This document shows, piece after piece, positions 19,159-28,630 of a stretch of 64,000 nucleotides of DNA. The stretch lies in the NCBI GenBank assembly GCA_020696385.1, contig JAEHCQ010000001.1, positions 224,001 to 288,000 on the forward strand, given 5' to 3'. The DNA comes from Methanobacteriota archaeon (GTDB lineage: Archaea > Thermoplasmatota > Thermoplasmata > SG8-5 > JAGLSY01). Below the pieces are notes generated by a model. It saw nothing but the letters and a program-made list of their open reading frames with translations, was not told the origin of the DNA and ran no database searches. How positions within the stretch are numbered: position 1 is the stretch's first letter; every line of letters begins with the position of its first letter. Made by a program: the position numbers and the translations under genes.

Positions 19159-20724
19159 ATGATGAAGAAGCTGGTAATTCTGGTTCTCGGGATATTGTTC
19201 ATAATGTCCATCCTCGGAGGTGTATGGTCCATGACCACCGCCCCTCCAAGAACTGGGTTTACAGAAACAGATTACATAAAACCCGCGGCCAGCGGAGCCC
19301 TTGACATGGATTCCATACCACCATATTCCAACACCATTCATGATTCACCTGATCTCAGCATCCAATTCTCACTCGGGCATTTCTACAAAGAATATGGGAG
19401 TGTTATCGATGTCACGGCCACAAATGAAGGTCATCGGGACATATTTCTGATAGCCTTCGCCTTCGAATGGGTGGATACTGGCCAGATATTCTCTAAATAT
19501 CTCAACCTCACAATCAAAAGTGGTGAGATCGAGGAACTGGGTCTGCTCAATATTGAAGGGCCTGGTATTACAGGACAAACCGAATATCGCATCCTGGTAC
19601 AGGCTCTGGAAAAAAGGACCAATGTGTACTACAAATTGGAGGTGCGCGATGATGACTGGGTGCCATTTGAGTCCAGCACCATCAATGTACTTGATGAAGC
19701 AATGGAAATGGAATATGATTATCAGATCAATTATTATCATTATTTCGACAGGACCAATGAATTGATAACACCGGACTCGCCATCCATAACCTTCCTGGCC
19801 AATATCGCCACCACGCAACTGGGTTCAGGATACAAGGTAAGCAAGATAGCGGCGATATTCGATCATGTTGATGAGATACTCACCTATAGATTGGAACCAG
19901 ATGGTGAGGATGATTGGCAGACCCCGGAAGATTGTATCAGCACCAAAACTGGTGATTGCGAGGATTATTCTCTTCTGATTGCGGCCATGGTGAATTCCAT
20001 TGGCGGAACCTCGAGGATGTACCTGATAGAAGGACATGCTTTCGCAGCAGTCTATATTGGCAATACCACCCAGGACCTTCAAACTACCGAGGAGAGCATC
20101 AGTGCTTATTACAATACAGAATTGAAAATATACTATCTGGAGGATGAAACCGGTTACTGGGTCATCGCAGATCCATTGGGCTCCTTTTACTTTGGAGGGT
20201 CCCCTGTTGGTGCGGCCCCAGTGAGTGGAGGGGATGATTGGGAATGGACCTTTGAAGAAACGGAGATCGTTCATGCCATCGATATAACAGGAATTGTGCC
20301 AGAAGATGAAATATGGTACAATATAATCTTCTGGATGTTCATGATGTTCCTCACTGGCATCATCCTTATCGCTATGACGACCTATGGTTCAAAAAAGGAG
20401 AATGCTGTGCCGAATAATACCTGTGCATTGTGCAATTTGCATATCAATGAAAGTCCAGTGATATGTCCTAATTGCAATGCGAGATCACATATCTCATGCC
20501 TCAATGCGGGGAGATACTGTCCCAAGTGCAATACCGCGATAGTTGTGGCAGGTCCGCCAGTTCGACCACCACATACCCCACAGCCACAATATGGACAACA
20601 ACCGCAATCGCACCAACCGCTTCCACAACAGCAGCCAGCAACAACTCAGCCTGTACGAGATACACCTCCACCACCGTCTGTACAGGAACGTCCACTGCCT
20701 CCACCACCACCTCCAGAAGAGTGA
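19159..20724 (+). CDS. Membrane transglutaminase-like protein with C4HC3 RING-like finger and Pro/Gln-rich tail
   Basis: N-terminal signal/TM; DDWQTPED...GDCEDYS, GHAF, ADP triad; TM; CALC..CPNC..H..C..CPKC; PPPPPP tail. Confidence 0.8.
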   Translation: MMKKLVILVLGILFIMSILGGVWSMTTAPPRTGFTETDYIKPAASGALDMDSIPPYSNTIHDSPDLSIQFSLGHFYKEYGSVIDVTATNEGHRDIFLIAFAFEWVDTGQIFSKYLNLTIKSGEIEELGLLNIEGPGITGQTEYRILVQALEKRTNVYYKLEVRDDDWVPFESSTINVLDEAMEMEYDYQINYYHYFDRTNELITPDSPSITFLANIATTQLGSGYKVSKIAAIFDHVDEILTYRLEPDGEDDWQTPEDCISTKTGDCEDYSLLIAAMVNSIGGTSRMYLIEGHAFAAVYIGNTTQDLQTTEESISAYYNTELKIYYLEDETGYWVIADPLGSFYFGGSPVGAAPVSGGDDWEWTFEETEIVHAIDITGIVPEDEIWYNIIFWMFMMFLTGIILIAMTTYGSKKENAVPNNTCALCNLHINESPVICPNCNARSHISCLNAGRYCPKCNTAIVVAGPPVRPPHTPQPQYGQQPQSHQPLPQQQPATTQPVRDTPPPPSVQERPLPPPPPPEE

Positions 20725-20790
20725 TGGTTTCTATTTTAGCCAAAGCTGATCCAATACAAATGAATGCATCTTATAAACTGAATGTTTGTT

Positions 20791-21090
20791 TCAAATTTCT
20801 GTATTTCTATAACGATCTTTCAATTCCCCGGTCTTTCCCTTGTTCCATGAACCGACCTTGCTGAAGAAGCCTGTGACTCTTGTTATTTTCTCGACATTCT
20901 TCCCCTGTCGAGAATAGGCCAGTAGAGCGTTCAACTCATGCTTGTCAATGACCGAGTGTGTGTAATGGGTCTCCGCATCATAGAGCTTGTTCCTGACATA
21001 GATCCCATCATTACCATCGTGAGCTCCCTCCGCCCACTCATATTCCTCTCCACGTCCATTCAAAAAATCCTTGAAATCTTCAACCTTCAT
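20791..21090 (-). CDS. Small protein bearing the class III RNR (NrdD) C-terminal glycyl-radical motif
   Basis: ITRVTGFFSKVGSWNKGKTGELKDR resembles the NrdD C-terminus. Confidence 0.75.
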   Translation of the reverse strand: MKVEDFKDFLNGRGEEYEWAEGAHDGNDGIYVRNKLYDAETHYTHSVIDKHELNALLAYSRQGKNVEKITRVTGFFSKVGSWNKGKTGELKDRYRNTEI

Positions 21091-21188
21091 ATTTGACCCA
21101 TCCTAGATTTATCAGTATCATATGGTATGACAAATTGGTATAAAATCATGACCCCTATGTGTGCGAAAACATGCATTTACAATCCACA

Positions 21189-21920
21189 TTATCCATCATG
21201 AGAATTATCATTCATATTCCTGTTCTTCAAGTATCTTCGAATAAGGAAGACGATGATAGCCAGCAGCACGATCGTGCCGATTAAATAGGATACAGTGGAG
21301 CCAAAGATATCAAGCATCTGCTCCCCGATATAGAAGGAAGGGATAGCGATGGCAAAACATCCCACGGTGGAGCCACCAAAAACAGACATGAGAACATTTC
21401 TTTTTTCCATTCCGCCAAATATGCCGAATATGGTCGCCATTATCCCACCACTCCCCTGGAATGGCAATGCCACGTATGCGGCCAGACCATACCGTGCCAG
21501 TCTTTTCTTTTCTGGCCTTGATTCAAGTTTCTTCCTGCCCAATTCCTCAAATGACATGACGAATTTTCCTATCTTCGGTATCTTAGTTATCAGATCGAAG
21601 TTCCAGATTATGAAGATCGAGCACATGACATCCACAAATATCACGGATGTGGCAATAAGAATTATAGCAAAGGTAGCGGTCGGCGGATCGGCCAGTTCCA
21701 GAAGGCCGAGCATCGCTATTGGTATCAGCACTTCCTTTCCAAATGGAGAGATGAAGTATGATAATATCAGTGCTCCGATGACAGGCCAGAGATTCGGATC
21801 AAGCAGACCGAAGAGCATGATCAGATACAGGGCGCTTATCAGGATGGGCAGCATGAAATTAAGAACTGCCTTCAAAATAGCGTTCATCCCTGAGACATTC
21901 TCATTATCTTCCATGTTCAT
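21189..21920 (-). CDS. Small multi-drug export family membrane protein
   Basis: PFGKEVLIP and GLAAYVALPFQGSGG motifs; multiple TMs. Confidence 0.75.
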   Translation of the reverse strand: MNMEDNENVSGMNAILKAVLNFMLPILISALYLIMLFGLLDPNLWPVIGALILSYFISPFGKEVLIPIAMLGLLELADPPTATFAIILIATSVIFVDVMCSIFIIWNFDLITKIPKIGKFVMSFEELGRKKLESRPEKKRLARYGLAAYVALPFQGSGGIMATIFGIFGGMEKRNVLMSVFGGSTVGCFAIAIPSFYIGEQMLDIFGSTVSYLIGTIVLLAIIVFLIRRYLKNRNMNDNSHDG

Positions 21921-21924
21921 GAAC

Positions 21925-22488
21925 TCAATCCTTTTTCAGCTCCATCATCCCGGCCAGCTTGTCAAAGGCCCGGGATCTGTGTGACATTTTGTTCTTTTCT
22001 TCCAGGGTCATCTCGGCAAACACCCTGGCATGTCCTTCGGGCATGAATATGGGATCGAAGCCAAAGCCAGTTGTGCCTCTTTCCTCCTTCGAAATGGAGC
22101 CATCCACGCGACCCCTGGCGATATGTACATTCCCACTCTCATCGATATAACCCGCACAGCACTTGAAATGCGCCTGCCTTTCAGTATCGGAATGCATGAG
22201 ATCCAGTATTCCCTGGCATCCCAGAGTGTGCAGGACATAGGCGGAATAAACACCTGGAAAGCCCTCTCGATCATCCAGGAATAAGCCAGAATCATCGATC
22301 ATCAAAGGGCGGGAATATTCCTTCCAAAGGAACTTGAGACCATCCTCCACCACCTCATCCAGGGTGTCGGCCTGGATCTCCGGATATGGAGCGATCAATT
22401 GTTCGACCTCGATACCAAGATGTGAAAATCTTTCCTGCACCTCGATCAATTTTCCCTTATTGCTTGTGGCGAACCATATCTTTCTCAT
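21925..22488 (-). CDS. rdgB: dITP/XTP pyrophosphatase (RdgB/HAM1)
   Basis: FATSNKGK, DDSGL, GFPGVYS, GFGFDPIF, KNKMSHR. Confidence 0.95.
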   Translation of the reverse strand: MRKIWFATSNKGKLIEVQERFSHLGIEVEQLIAPYPEIQADTLDEVVEDGLKFLWKEYSRPLMIDDSGLFLDDREGFPGVYSAYVLHTLGCQGILDLMHSDTERQAHFKCCAGYIDESGNVHIARGRVDGSISKEERGTTGFGFDPIFMPEGHARVFAEMTLEEKNKMSHRSRAFDKLAGMMELKKD

Positions 22489-23099
22489 GAATATCTTCCT
22501 CTTTTCTCTATATTTTTGACAATGGCCAGTATTTTTTGGCCATCCTCATAAACTCCCAGATAGCCCTTGGATATACTATCAAAAAGTTCTGGAAATTCAG
22601 AGTGTGCGCTGTCAATCGCTTCCTTTAACAAATGTAGATCCACACCTTTCTTCTCAGGCTCGCAGCTTTTTTCCCCCAGACCGAAATCTATGAAATACGC
22701 GGTCCCGTCCCTGAAGATGATATTGGAAGTGGTGAGGTCACCATGGATGATATCGTTCTTGTGTAGCAAGCCCACTGACCGTCCTATTGTCTCGGCCAGT
22801 TCATAGCGATCATCCAGATCCTGAAGAAGTATCTTGGCCAGATCGCCATCGATGTATTCCATTACCATTATGAAATTAGAAACATCGATGTCATAGACGA
22901 TGGGAGTCGCGATCCCATACTGCTTGGCCTCGGACAAAAGAGAGGCCTCTTTCTTGGTTCGGGATGTTCTCAACATCATGTCCAATGACTCCACCCTGTA
23001 GCTCTTGGGTGACCTTTTTTTGAACACGACATCTCGGCCATGCCATTCGCCTCTCGTGATAGTGGCCTCGGCTCCTCGTTTTATCATGGTATTGCCCAT
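22485..23099 (-). CDS. bud32: KEOPS complex kinase/ATPase Bud32
   Basis: RGAEA, K.R.PKSYR, HGDLTTSN, IDFGL, VDLHLL, EKRGRY. Confidence 0.95.
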   Translation of the reverse strand: MGNTMIKRGAEATITRGEWHGRDVVFKKRSPKSYRVESLDMMLRTSRTKKEASLLSEAKQYGIATPIVYDIDVSNFIMVMEYIDGDLAKILLQDLDDRYELAETIGRSVGLLHKNDIIHGDLTTSNIIFRDGTAYFIDFGLGEKSCEPEKKGVDLHLLKEAIDSAHSEFPELFDSISKGYLGVYEDGQKILAIVKNIEKRGRYS

Positions 23100-23234
23100 A
23101 TGATGGTGAATCCCTCAGGTGTTATAAATATTGTTTCCGCTCAACGCTAATTGAATACAAATATGATACAGGCTATAGAACGGGCAAAGATGGCCAGTAA
23201 GTGCATGATCGGCTATCCGATACTTCAGATCGGC

Positions 23235-23741
23235 TCATTCAATAGGAGGAATTGATAGGAGTTCCTGCAAATTATCCATGACAGCCAGGCCTTTTATGAC
23301 ATCCTTTCTCGTGATGATACCGACCAGTTTTTTATCCCTCAATACAGGGATTCGATTGACGGACTTCTTGTTCATGATATCAATGACATGACTTATGCTA
23401 TCATCTTCCTGGATGGTGTGTGGCTTTGGGTTCATCAGATCAGATACGCGTGATTTGGCGATATCGATGAAGGCTTCTTTGGCCTCCTTATCATCAAATT
23501 TTTCGATAAAGGAAACACTGACCATCGATAGAGATGGATATACCATTTCCAGTCTCTTGTACCTGACCTTCATTGCATTGAGTATGTCCTTCTCGCTCAG
23601 AATTCCCACTAATTTGCCTTCACCATCAACGACAGGCGCGCCAGATATTCCTCTACTGGCGAGCTTCTCCACGGCCATGCTGATAGTATCCTCACCATGG
23701 AGAAAGATCACATCATCCGTCATTATCTTACTAACTTTCAT
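23235..23741 (-). CDS. CBS-domain pair protein
   Basis: ISGAPVVD..GKLVGILSEKD and VNRIPVL...LVGIITRKD. Confidence 0.9.
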   Translation of the reverse strand: MKVSKIMTDDVIFLHGEDTISMAVEKLASRGISGAPVVDGEGKLVGILSEKDILNAMKVRYKRLEMVYPSLSMVSVSFIEKFDDKEAKEAFIDIAKSRVSDLMNPKPHTIQEDDSISHVIDIMNKKSVNRIPVLRDKKLVGIITRKDVIKGLAVMDNLQELLSIPPIE

Positions 23742-25037
23742 TCAAGCCTTCCTCTTATCATGGACCCTTTTGGCCTTTCCTTCGCTTCTTGGCAGGGTGC
23801 CTGGATCCATAAGCTCGATCCTCGCTCTGACTGTCAGAACAGCCTGTAGCTCGCCCTCCAGCTTCTTCGCGAAGCCAGCAGGGTCATAGTCTGGTGAATT
23901 GAATAGTTCGGGTGTTACTTCGACCTGAACATGCATACTATCAAGAATGTCCCTGTCGATGATTATCAGGTACTGGTCACCCACGCCTTTGATGTTCATG
24001 AGAACATGCTCAACCTGGCTTGGGAAGACATTCACGCCTCCGATTATGAGCATGTCATCGCTTCTGCCCTTGATCCTCATTATCCTTGGATGGGATCTGC
24101 CGCATGCGCATGGTTCATAATTGATAACAGCCAGATCCTTTGTCCTGTATCTCAACAATGGCATTGCTTCTCGTGTGAGCATGGTGAATACAAGCTCACC
24201 TTTTTCTCCTTCTGGTAGAACTTCTCCAGTGTCAGTGTCAATGGTCTCTACAAGGAACTCGTCACTCCAGATATGAAGGCCATTCTGTTCCTTGCACTCG
24301 ACAGCCACGCCAGGGCCATAGAGCTCGCTCATTCCAAAGCAATCATAGGCCTTTATTCCAAGGGATTCCTCGATCCTCTTCCTGGCCTCTTCGGACCATG
24401 GTTCGGCTCCGAACATTCCCACTTTGATATTGAAATCCTCTTTCGCATTGTAGCCTTCCTTCTCGGCGGCTTCGGCCAGATAAAGGGCATAAGAGGGTGT
24501 GCAGGCGATGACCGTGGACTGCATGTCCTTGAGCATCATCAACTGCTTCTTGGTATTGCCAGTACTTATCGGGATCACTGTCGCGCCCAGCTTTTCGGCC
24601 CCATAATGGAACCCAAGGCCGCCTGTGAACAGTCCATAGCCGTAGCAATTCTGGACTATATCGCCCTCGCCAACTCCTGCAGAAGCATAGCATCTGGCCA
24701 TGAGAGTGGTCCATGTATCCATGTCCTGCTCAGTGTATGTGACGACAGTCGGCTTGCCCGTTGTCCCGGAGGAAGCGTGCAGCCTGACGATCTGATCCAG
24801 GGGAACTGCTCTGATACCGTACGGGTAATGCTGCCTAAGATCATCTTTGACAGTGAAGGGCACTTTGTGGGCATCCTCCAGACCTTTGATATCGCCTGGA
24901 GTAATTCCAGCATCATCAAATTTCTTCTTGTACATTGGCACATTGTCATAGGCATATTTCACCATCTTGACAAAACGTTCTGATTGCAGTTTCCTTATCT
25001 CTGGAAGTTTCATATTCTCTATATCTGGCTGATACAT
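23742..25037 (-). CDS. paaK: Phenylacetate-CoA ligase family protein
   Basis: HASSGTTGKPT, YGYGLFTGGLG, GAEPWSE, PLLRYRT, GRSDDM, LPRSEGKAKRV. Confidence 0.92.
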   Translation of the reverse strand: MYQPDIENMKLPEIRKLQSERFVKMVKYAYDNVPMYKKKFDDAGITPGDIKGLEDAHKVPFTVKDDLRQHYPYGIRAVPLDQIVRLHASSGTTGKPTVVTYTEQDMDTWTTLMARCYASAGVGEGDIVQNCYGYGLFTGGLGFHYGAEKLGATVIPISTGNTKKQLMMLKDMQSTVIACTPSYALYLAEAAEKEGYNAKEDFNIKVGMFGAEPWSEEARKRIEESLGIKAYDCFGMSELYGPGVAVECKEQNGLHIWSDEFLVETIDTDTGEVLPEGEKGELVFTMLTREAMPLLRYRTKDLAVINYEPCACGRSHPRIMRIKGRSDDMLIIGGVNVFPSQVEHVLMNIKGVGDQYLIIIDRDILDSMHVQVEVTPELFNSPDYDPAGFAKKLEGELQAVLTVRARIELMDPGTLPRSEGKAKRVHDKRKA

Positions 25038-25350
25038 TCGATCCCTCGTGGAATGCGAAGGCGAGAATATCTATATACTTTACGGTGGAAGCTATCAGAA
25101 CAAAATAATATGAATCGCCATCATATTGTTCTGAAAGCTTCCATCCAAGGCCATAAGCCCGATTTCGCAGAGGTCTAAAATCTCTGCGTTTATTCAAATA
25201 TACATTGATGGGCTTACGGCAACCGTCTACTCTTATTGGCAATGCAAGGCACCGGATTTTATATTATGGAGGGTACCGACGATAAATATTAGTGGCGGGG
25301 TCCACCCCCATAAACACCTTAATATTCCATGAAGCCTTATCCAAACTCAC

Positions 25351-26577
25351 ATGAATATCAAAATTCTCGGAGGAGCCAGCGAGGTCGGGAGCTATGCCGT
25401 CCTTATTGAGGATGACGACATCAAATTACTCGTTGACAATGGATTGACACCCTCAAAACCTCCAAAATATCCAAAGAAGCCACCAGCGGTGGATCTCGCA
25501 TTCCTAAGCCATGCCCATATAGATCACTCGGGCATGATACCATGGCTCTCCATGGAATATGGTAATGATGTTATTGCCACGGAGCCAACAATAACAGTTG
25601 GGTCCATGCTCCTGGAAGATACGGTCAAAGTATCCTCCTCGGAGGGATATCCAGTACCCTATGAGAAGAGGGATGTCAAGGCCATGAAAAGGCATTTCCA
25701 GGTTGCCACCTATGGTGATGTCATTGACGTCGGAGGATTGGAGGTCGAACTTCATTCGGCAGGACATATTCCTGGATCGACCATGTTCGCCATACAGGGT
25801 TCAAAGAAAGTGATGGTGACTGCCGATATCAATACAGTGGATACACATCTCGTAAAAAAGGCTGAGCCAGAGAAGTGTGATGTCCTGGTCATGGAAAGCA
25901 CCTATGCGGGGAGAAATCACCCGCCCAGGGACGAGACCGAGAAGCAGTTCATTGAAAAGATCGGTGAGGTCATTGACAGAGGAGGATTGGCAATAGTTCC
26001 TTCATTTGCAGTTGGACGTTCACAGGAAATACTCATGATCCTCATGGATGCTGGGTTCGAGGTATGGCTGGATGGAATGGGAAGGGCAGTTGCTCGAGAA
26101 TTCCTACCATTGAAGAAGTATCTGGGATCTGCAAGTGACCTTAGAAGGGCGATGGATCAGACCAATATGGTCAGGCACAGGGATCAGAGAAAAGAGGCAC
26201 TGAAAGGACAAGTCATCGTGACTACCAGCGGTATGCTGGATGGAGGACCTGTGCATGAATATCTGAAGGCCCTGAAGAATGATGAGAACAGTGCGGTCCT
26301 GCTTACTGGTTTCCAGGTAGAGGAGACAAATGGCCGTTCACTTTTGGAGAATGGTACCATCAAACTCTATGGTGTTGAAACGACCATAGATTGTGAGGTT
26401 GGATTCTTTGACTTTTCAGCCCATGCGGATCATGATGAGCTGGTCAAGTTCGCCAAGGCCTGTGATCCCGAGAAAGTCATACTCACCCATGGGGATGACA
26501 GAGAGAAGCTTCTGGAAGACCTGAAGGACTTCGATGTCATACTCCCAATAGAGGGCGATGATATACCTTTGGATTAA
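25351..26577 (+). CDS. Beta-CASP metallo-beta-lactamase ribonuclease (no KH domain)
   Basis: SHAHIDH, AGHIPG, MESTYA, FAVGRSQE, FSAHADH, LTHGD. Confidence 0.9.
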   Translation: MNIKILGGASEVGSYAVLIEDDDIKLLVDNGLTPSKPPKYPKKPPAVDLAFLSHAHIDHSGMIPWLSMEYGNDVIATEPTITVGSMLLEDTVKVSSSEGYPVPYEKRDVKAMKRHFQVATYGDVIDVGGLEVELHSAGHIPGSTMFAIQGSKKVMVTADINTVDTHLVKKAEPEKCDVLVMESTYAGRNHPPRDETEKQFIEKIGEVIDRGGLAIVPSFAVGRSQEILMILMDAGFEVWLDGMGRAVAREFLPLKKYLGSASDLRRAMDQTNMVRHRDQRKEALKGQVIVTTSGMLDGGPVHEYLKALKNDENSAVLLTGFQVEETNGRSLLENGTIKLYGVETTIDCEVGFFDFSAHADHDELVKFAKACDPEKVILTHGDDREKLLEDLKDFDVILPIEGDDIPLD

Positions 26578-26621
26578 TACAAAGATTTATTAGGCCTCGA
26601 GGAATCACGGATTTGGTTCAT

Positions 26622-26930
26622 ATGTCAAGTAGAAAATTGAAGCCAGAGATCGCCATGTACATGAGAAGGATAGGCGACATGAGGACAGACAAGAAGCATG
26701 GAAGAGCAGTACAATTATGTGACAGGGTCTTGGATTATGGTCCAGATCCAGCATTGCTCAATGTGATACTGAACTTCAAGGCGGATTCTCTTTTCAGGGT
26801 CGGAAGAAGAGTGGGCAGTCAGGAACTTATAAGCGAGGCCAGAACCATTTTCGCAACTGTTCTTGAAGCAGACCCAGATGATTACCTTGCACAATCAGGT
26901 ATTGACGAGATCAACTTTTACCAATATTAA
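26622..26930 (+). CDS. Hypothetical TPR-like helical protein
   Basis: AVQLCDRVLDYGPD and ARTIFATVLEADPDD resemble TPR ends. Confidence 0.6.
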   Translation: MSSRKLKPEIAMYMRRIGDMRTDKKHGRAVQLCDRVLDYGPDPALLNVILNFKADSLFRVGRRVGSQELISEARTIFATVLEADPDDYLAQSGIDEINFYQY

Positions 26931-26984
26931 TTCATCAATATCCTGGCATAAGTCTTTTATTTCAATTGTCAATGTACAGTGACA

Positions 26985-27584
26985 ATGATCATCGGAATTC
27001 TGGATATCCAGGGAGCGGTTTCGGAGCATGAAGTGGCATTCGAGAGAGCGTTCATGTCAAAGAACATGAAAGGAGCGACAAAGCTCGTAAAGACCCTGGA
27101 TGATCTAAAGGATATTGATGGATTGGCTCTTCCGGGTGGTGAGAGCTCGGCCATATCCGCGCAGTTGGCCAGACTGGGAATGGATAAGGAAATTCACAGG
27201 ATGGTGGAACAAGGGTTTCCAATAATGGGAACATGTGCTGGCACGATCTTGCTGGCAAAGAGATTGATCACCGATATGGATGAGGAGATCACTGTACCTC
27301 TTGGGCTCATGGACATAACTGTCAAGCGCAATGCTTTCGGAAGGCAGAAGGAATCTTTCGAGCATTATATCGAGATCAAGAATATGGACGAGCCATACGG
27401 TGCGGTTTTCATAAGAGCTCCCATGATCAACGAGGTGGGGGAAGGGGTTGAATCTCTGGCGATGCTCAATGATGAAATTGTCATAGCCAGGCAGAGTAAT
27501 ATGTTGGCCATGGTGTTTCATCCAGAATTGACAATGGACACGAGGATCCACGAGATGTTTATTGATATTGTTTTAGAAATATGA
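26985..27584 (+). CDS. pdxT: PLP synthase glutaminase subunit
   Basis: QGAVSEH, LPGGES, GTCAG, RNAFGRQ, FIRAP, FHPEL. Confidence 0.96.
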   Translation: MIIGILDIQGAVSEHEVAFERAFMSKNMKGATKLVKTLDDLKDIDGLALPGGESSAISAQLARLGMDKEIHRMVEQGFPIMGTCAGTILLAKRLITDMDEEITVPLGLMDITVKRNAFGRQKESFEHYIEIKNMDEPYGAVFIRAPMINEVGEGVESLAMLNDEIVIARQSNMLAMVFHPELTMDTRIHEMFIDIVLEI

Positions 27585-27793
27585 GTGACATATTAATTCA
27601 TGATTAAGATACACTAACATCATAATTAGATATTACATATACCAAATAACACACGTGTAAACTAAGTAAATATCTTAATTATCACGCGCAATCTATGTTA
27701 AGTCATATATATGAGGTGCATTATTAACCCGTAGGTTTGCCGACAAACTCCTTGTTGGTATTACCCAAAAAGACACATCAAGGGAGGTCAACA

Positions 27794-28630
27794 ATGTACG
27801 AAATTGTCAGCATGAAAGAATTAGTCCCAGATATATTTGAGGCAGTGGTCAAAGCACCAGAGATGGCGAAGAAGGCCAAGGCCGGAGAGTTTTTGATAGT
27901 TATGGCCGATGAGAAAGGCGAGAGAATACCGCTCACAGTGGCCGATTATGACAGAGAAGCAGGCACGATAACGATCGTCTTCATGACGATTGGAAAATCC
28001 ACATACAAGCTTTCAAAGATGAAGGCCGGGGATTCATACTATGCCTTCGTTGGGCCTTTAGGTCATGCTTCCGAGATCAAGGATTATGGCACAGTTATCT
28101 GTGTCGCTGGTGGCGTTGGAACCGCCCCCATTTACCCAATTGCCAGGGCACTGAAAAAAGCGGGCAACAAGATCATCACCATTCAGGGCGCCAGGAATAA
28201 AGACCTGATATTCTGGGAGGACAAGATGGCCTCCGTGAGTGACGAGCATATCATCATGACCGATGATGGGACCCATGGAAGAAAGGGACTTGTCACAGAG
28301 CCATTGAAGGAGATTCTGGAAAGAGATGGTGACAAGGTTGGCATAATCTATGCCATCGGTCCGATCCCGATGATGAAATTTTCAGCTTTAACATCCAAGC
28401 CATTCGGAAACCTGACCATGGTGAGTCTTAATTCCATCATGGTTGACGGTACTGGAATGTGTGGTGGATGCAGATGTGAAGTTAAGGGAGAGACGAAATT
28501 CACATGTGTCGATGGCCCCGAGTTCGATGGCCATCAGGTGGACTGGAACCTTCTTGGATCCAGGCAGCGTATTTACCTGGACCAGGAGAAGGAATCACTT
28601 GACAATTACAAGGCAGAGGAGGGAGCTTGA
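27794..28630 (+). CDS. nfnA: NfnA/SudB small FAD/[2Fe-2S] subunit
   Basis: GERIPLT, GPLG, GGVGTAP, MVDGTGMCGGCR, CVDGPEFD. Confidence 0.9.
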   Translation: MYEIVSMKELVPDIFEAVVKAPEMAKKAKAGEFLIVMADEKGERIPLTVADYDREAGTITIVFMTIGKSTYKLSKMKAGDSYYAFVGPLGHASEIKDYGTVICVAGGVGTAPIYPIARALKKAGNKIITIQGARNKDLIFWEDKMASVSDEHIIMTDDGTHGRKGLVTEPLKEILERDGDKVGIIYAIGPIPMMKFSALTSKPFGNLTMVSLNSIMVDGTGMCGGCRCEVKGETKFTCVDGPEFDGHQVDWNLLGSRQRIYLDQEKESLDNYKAEEGA

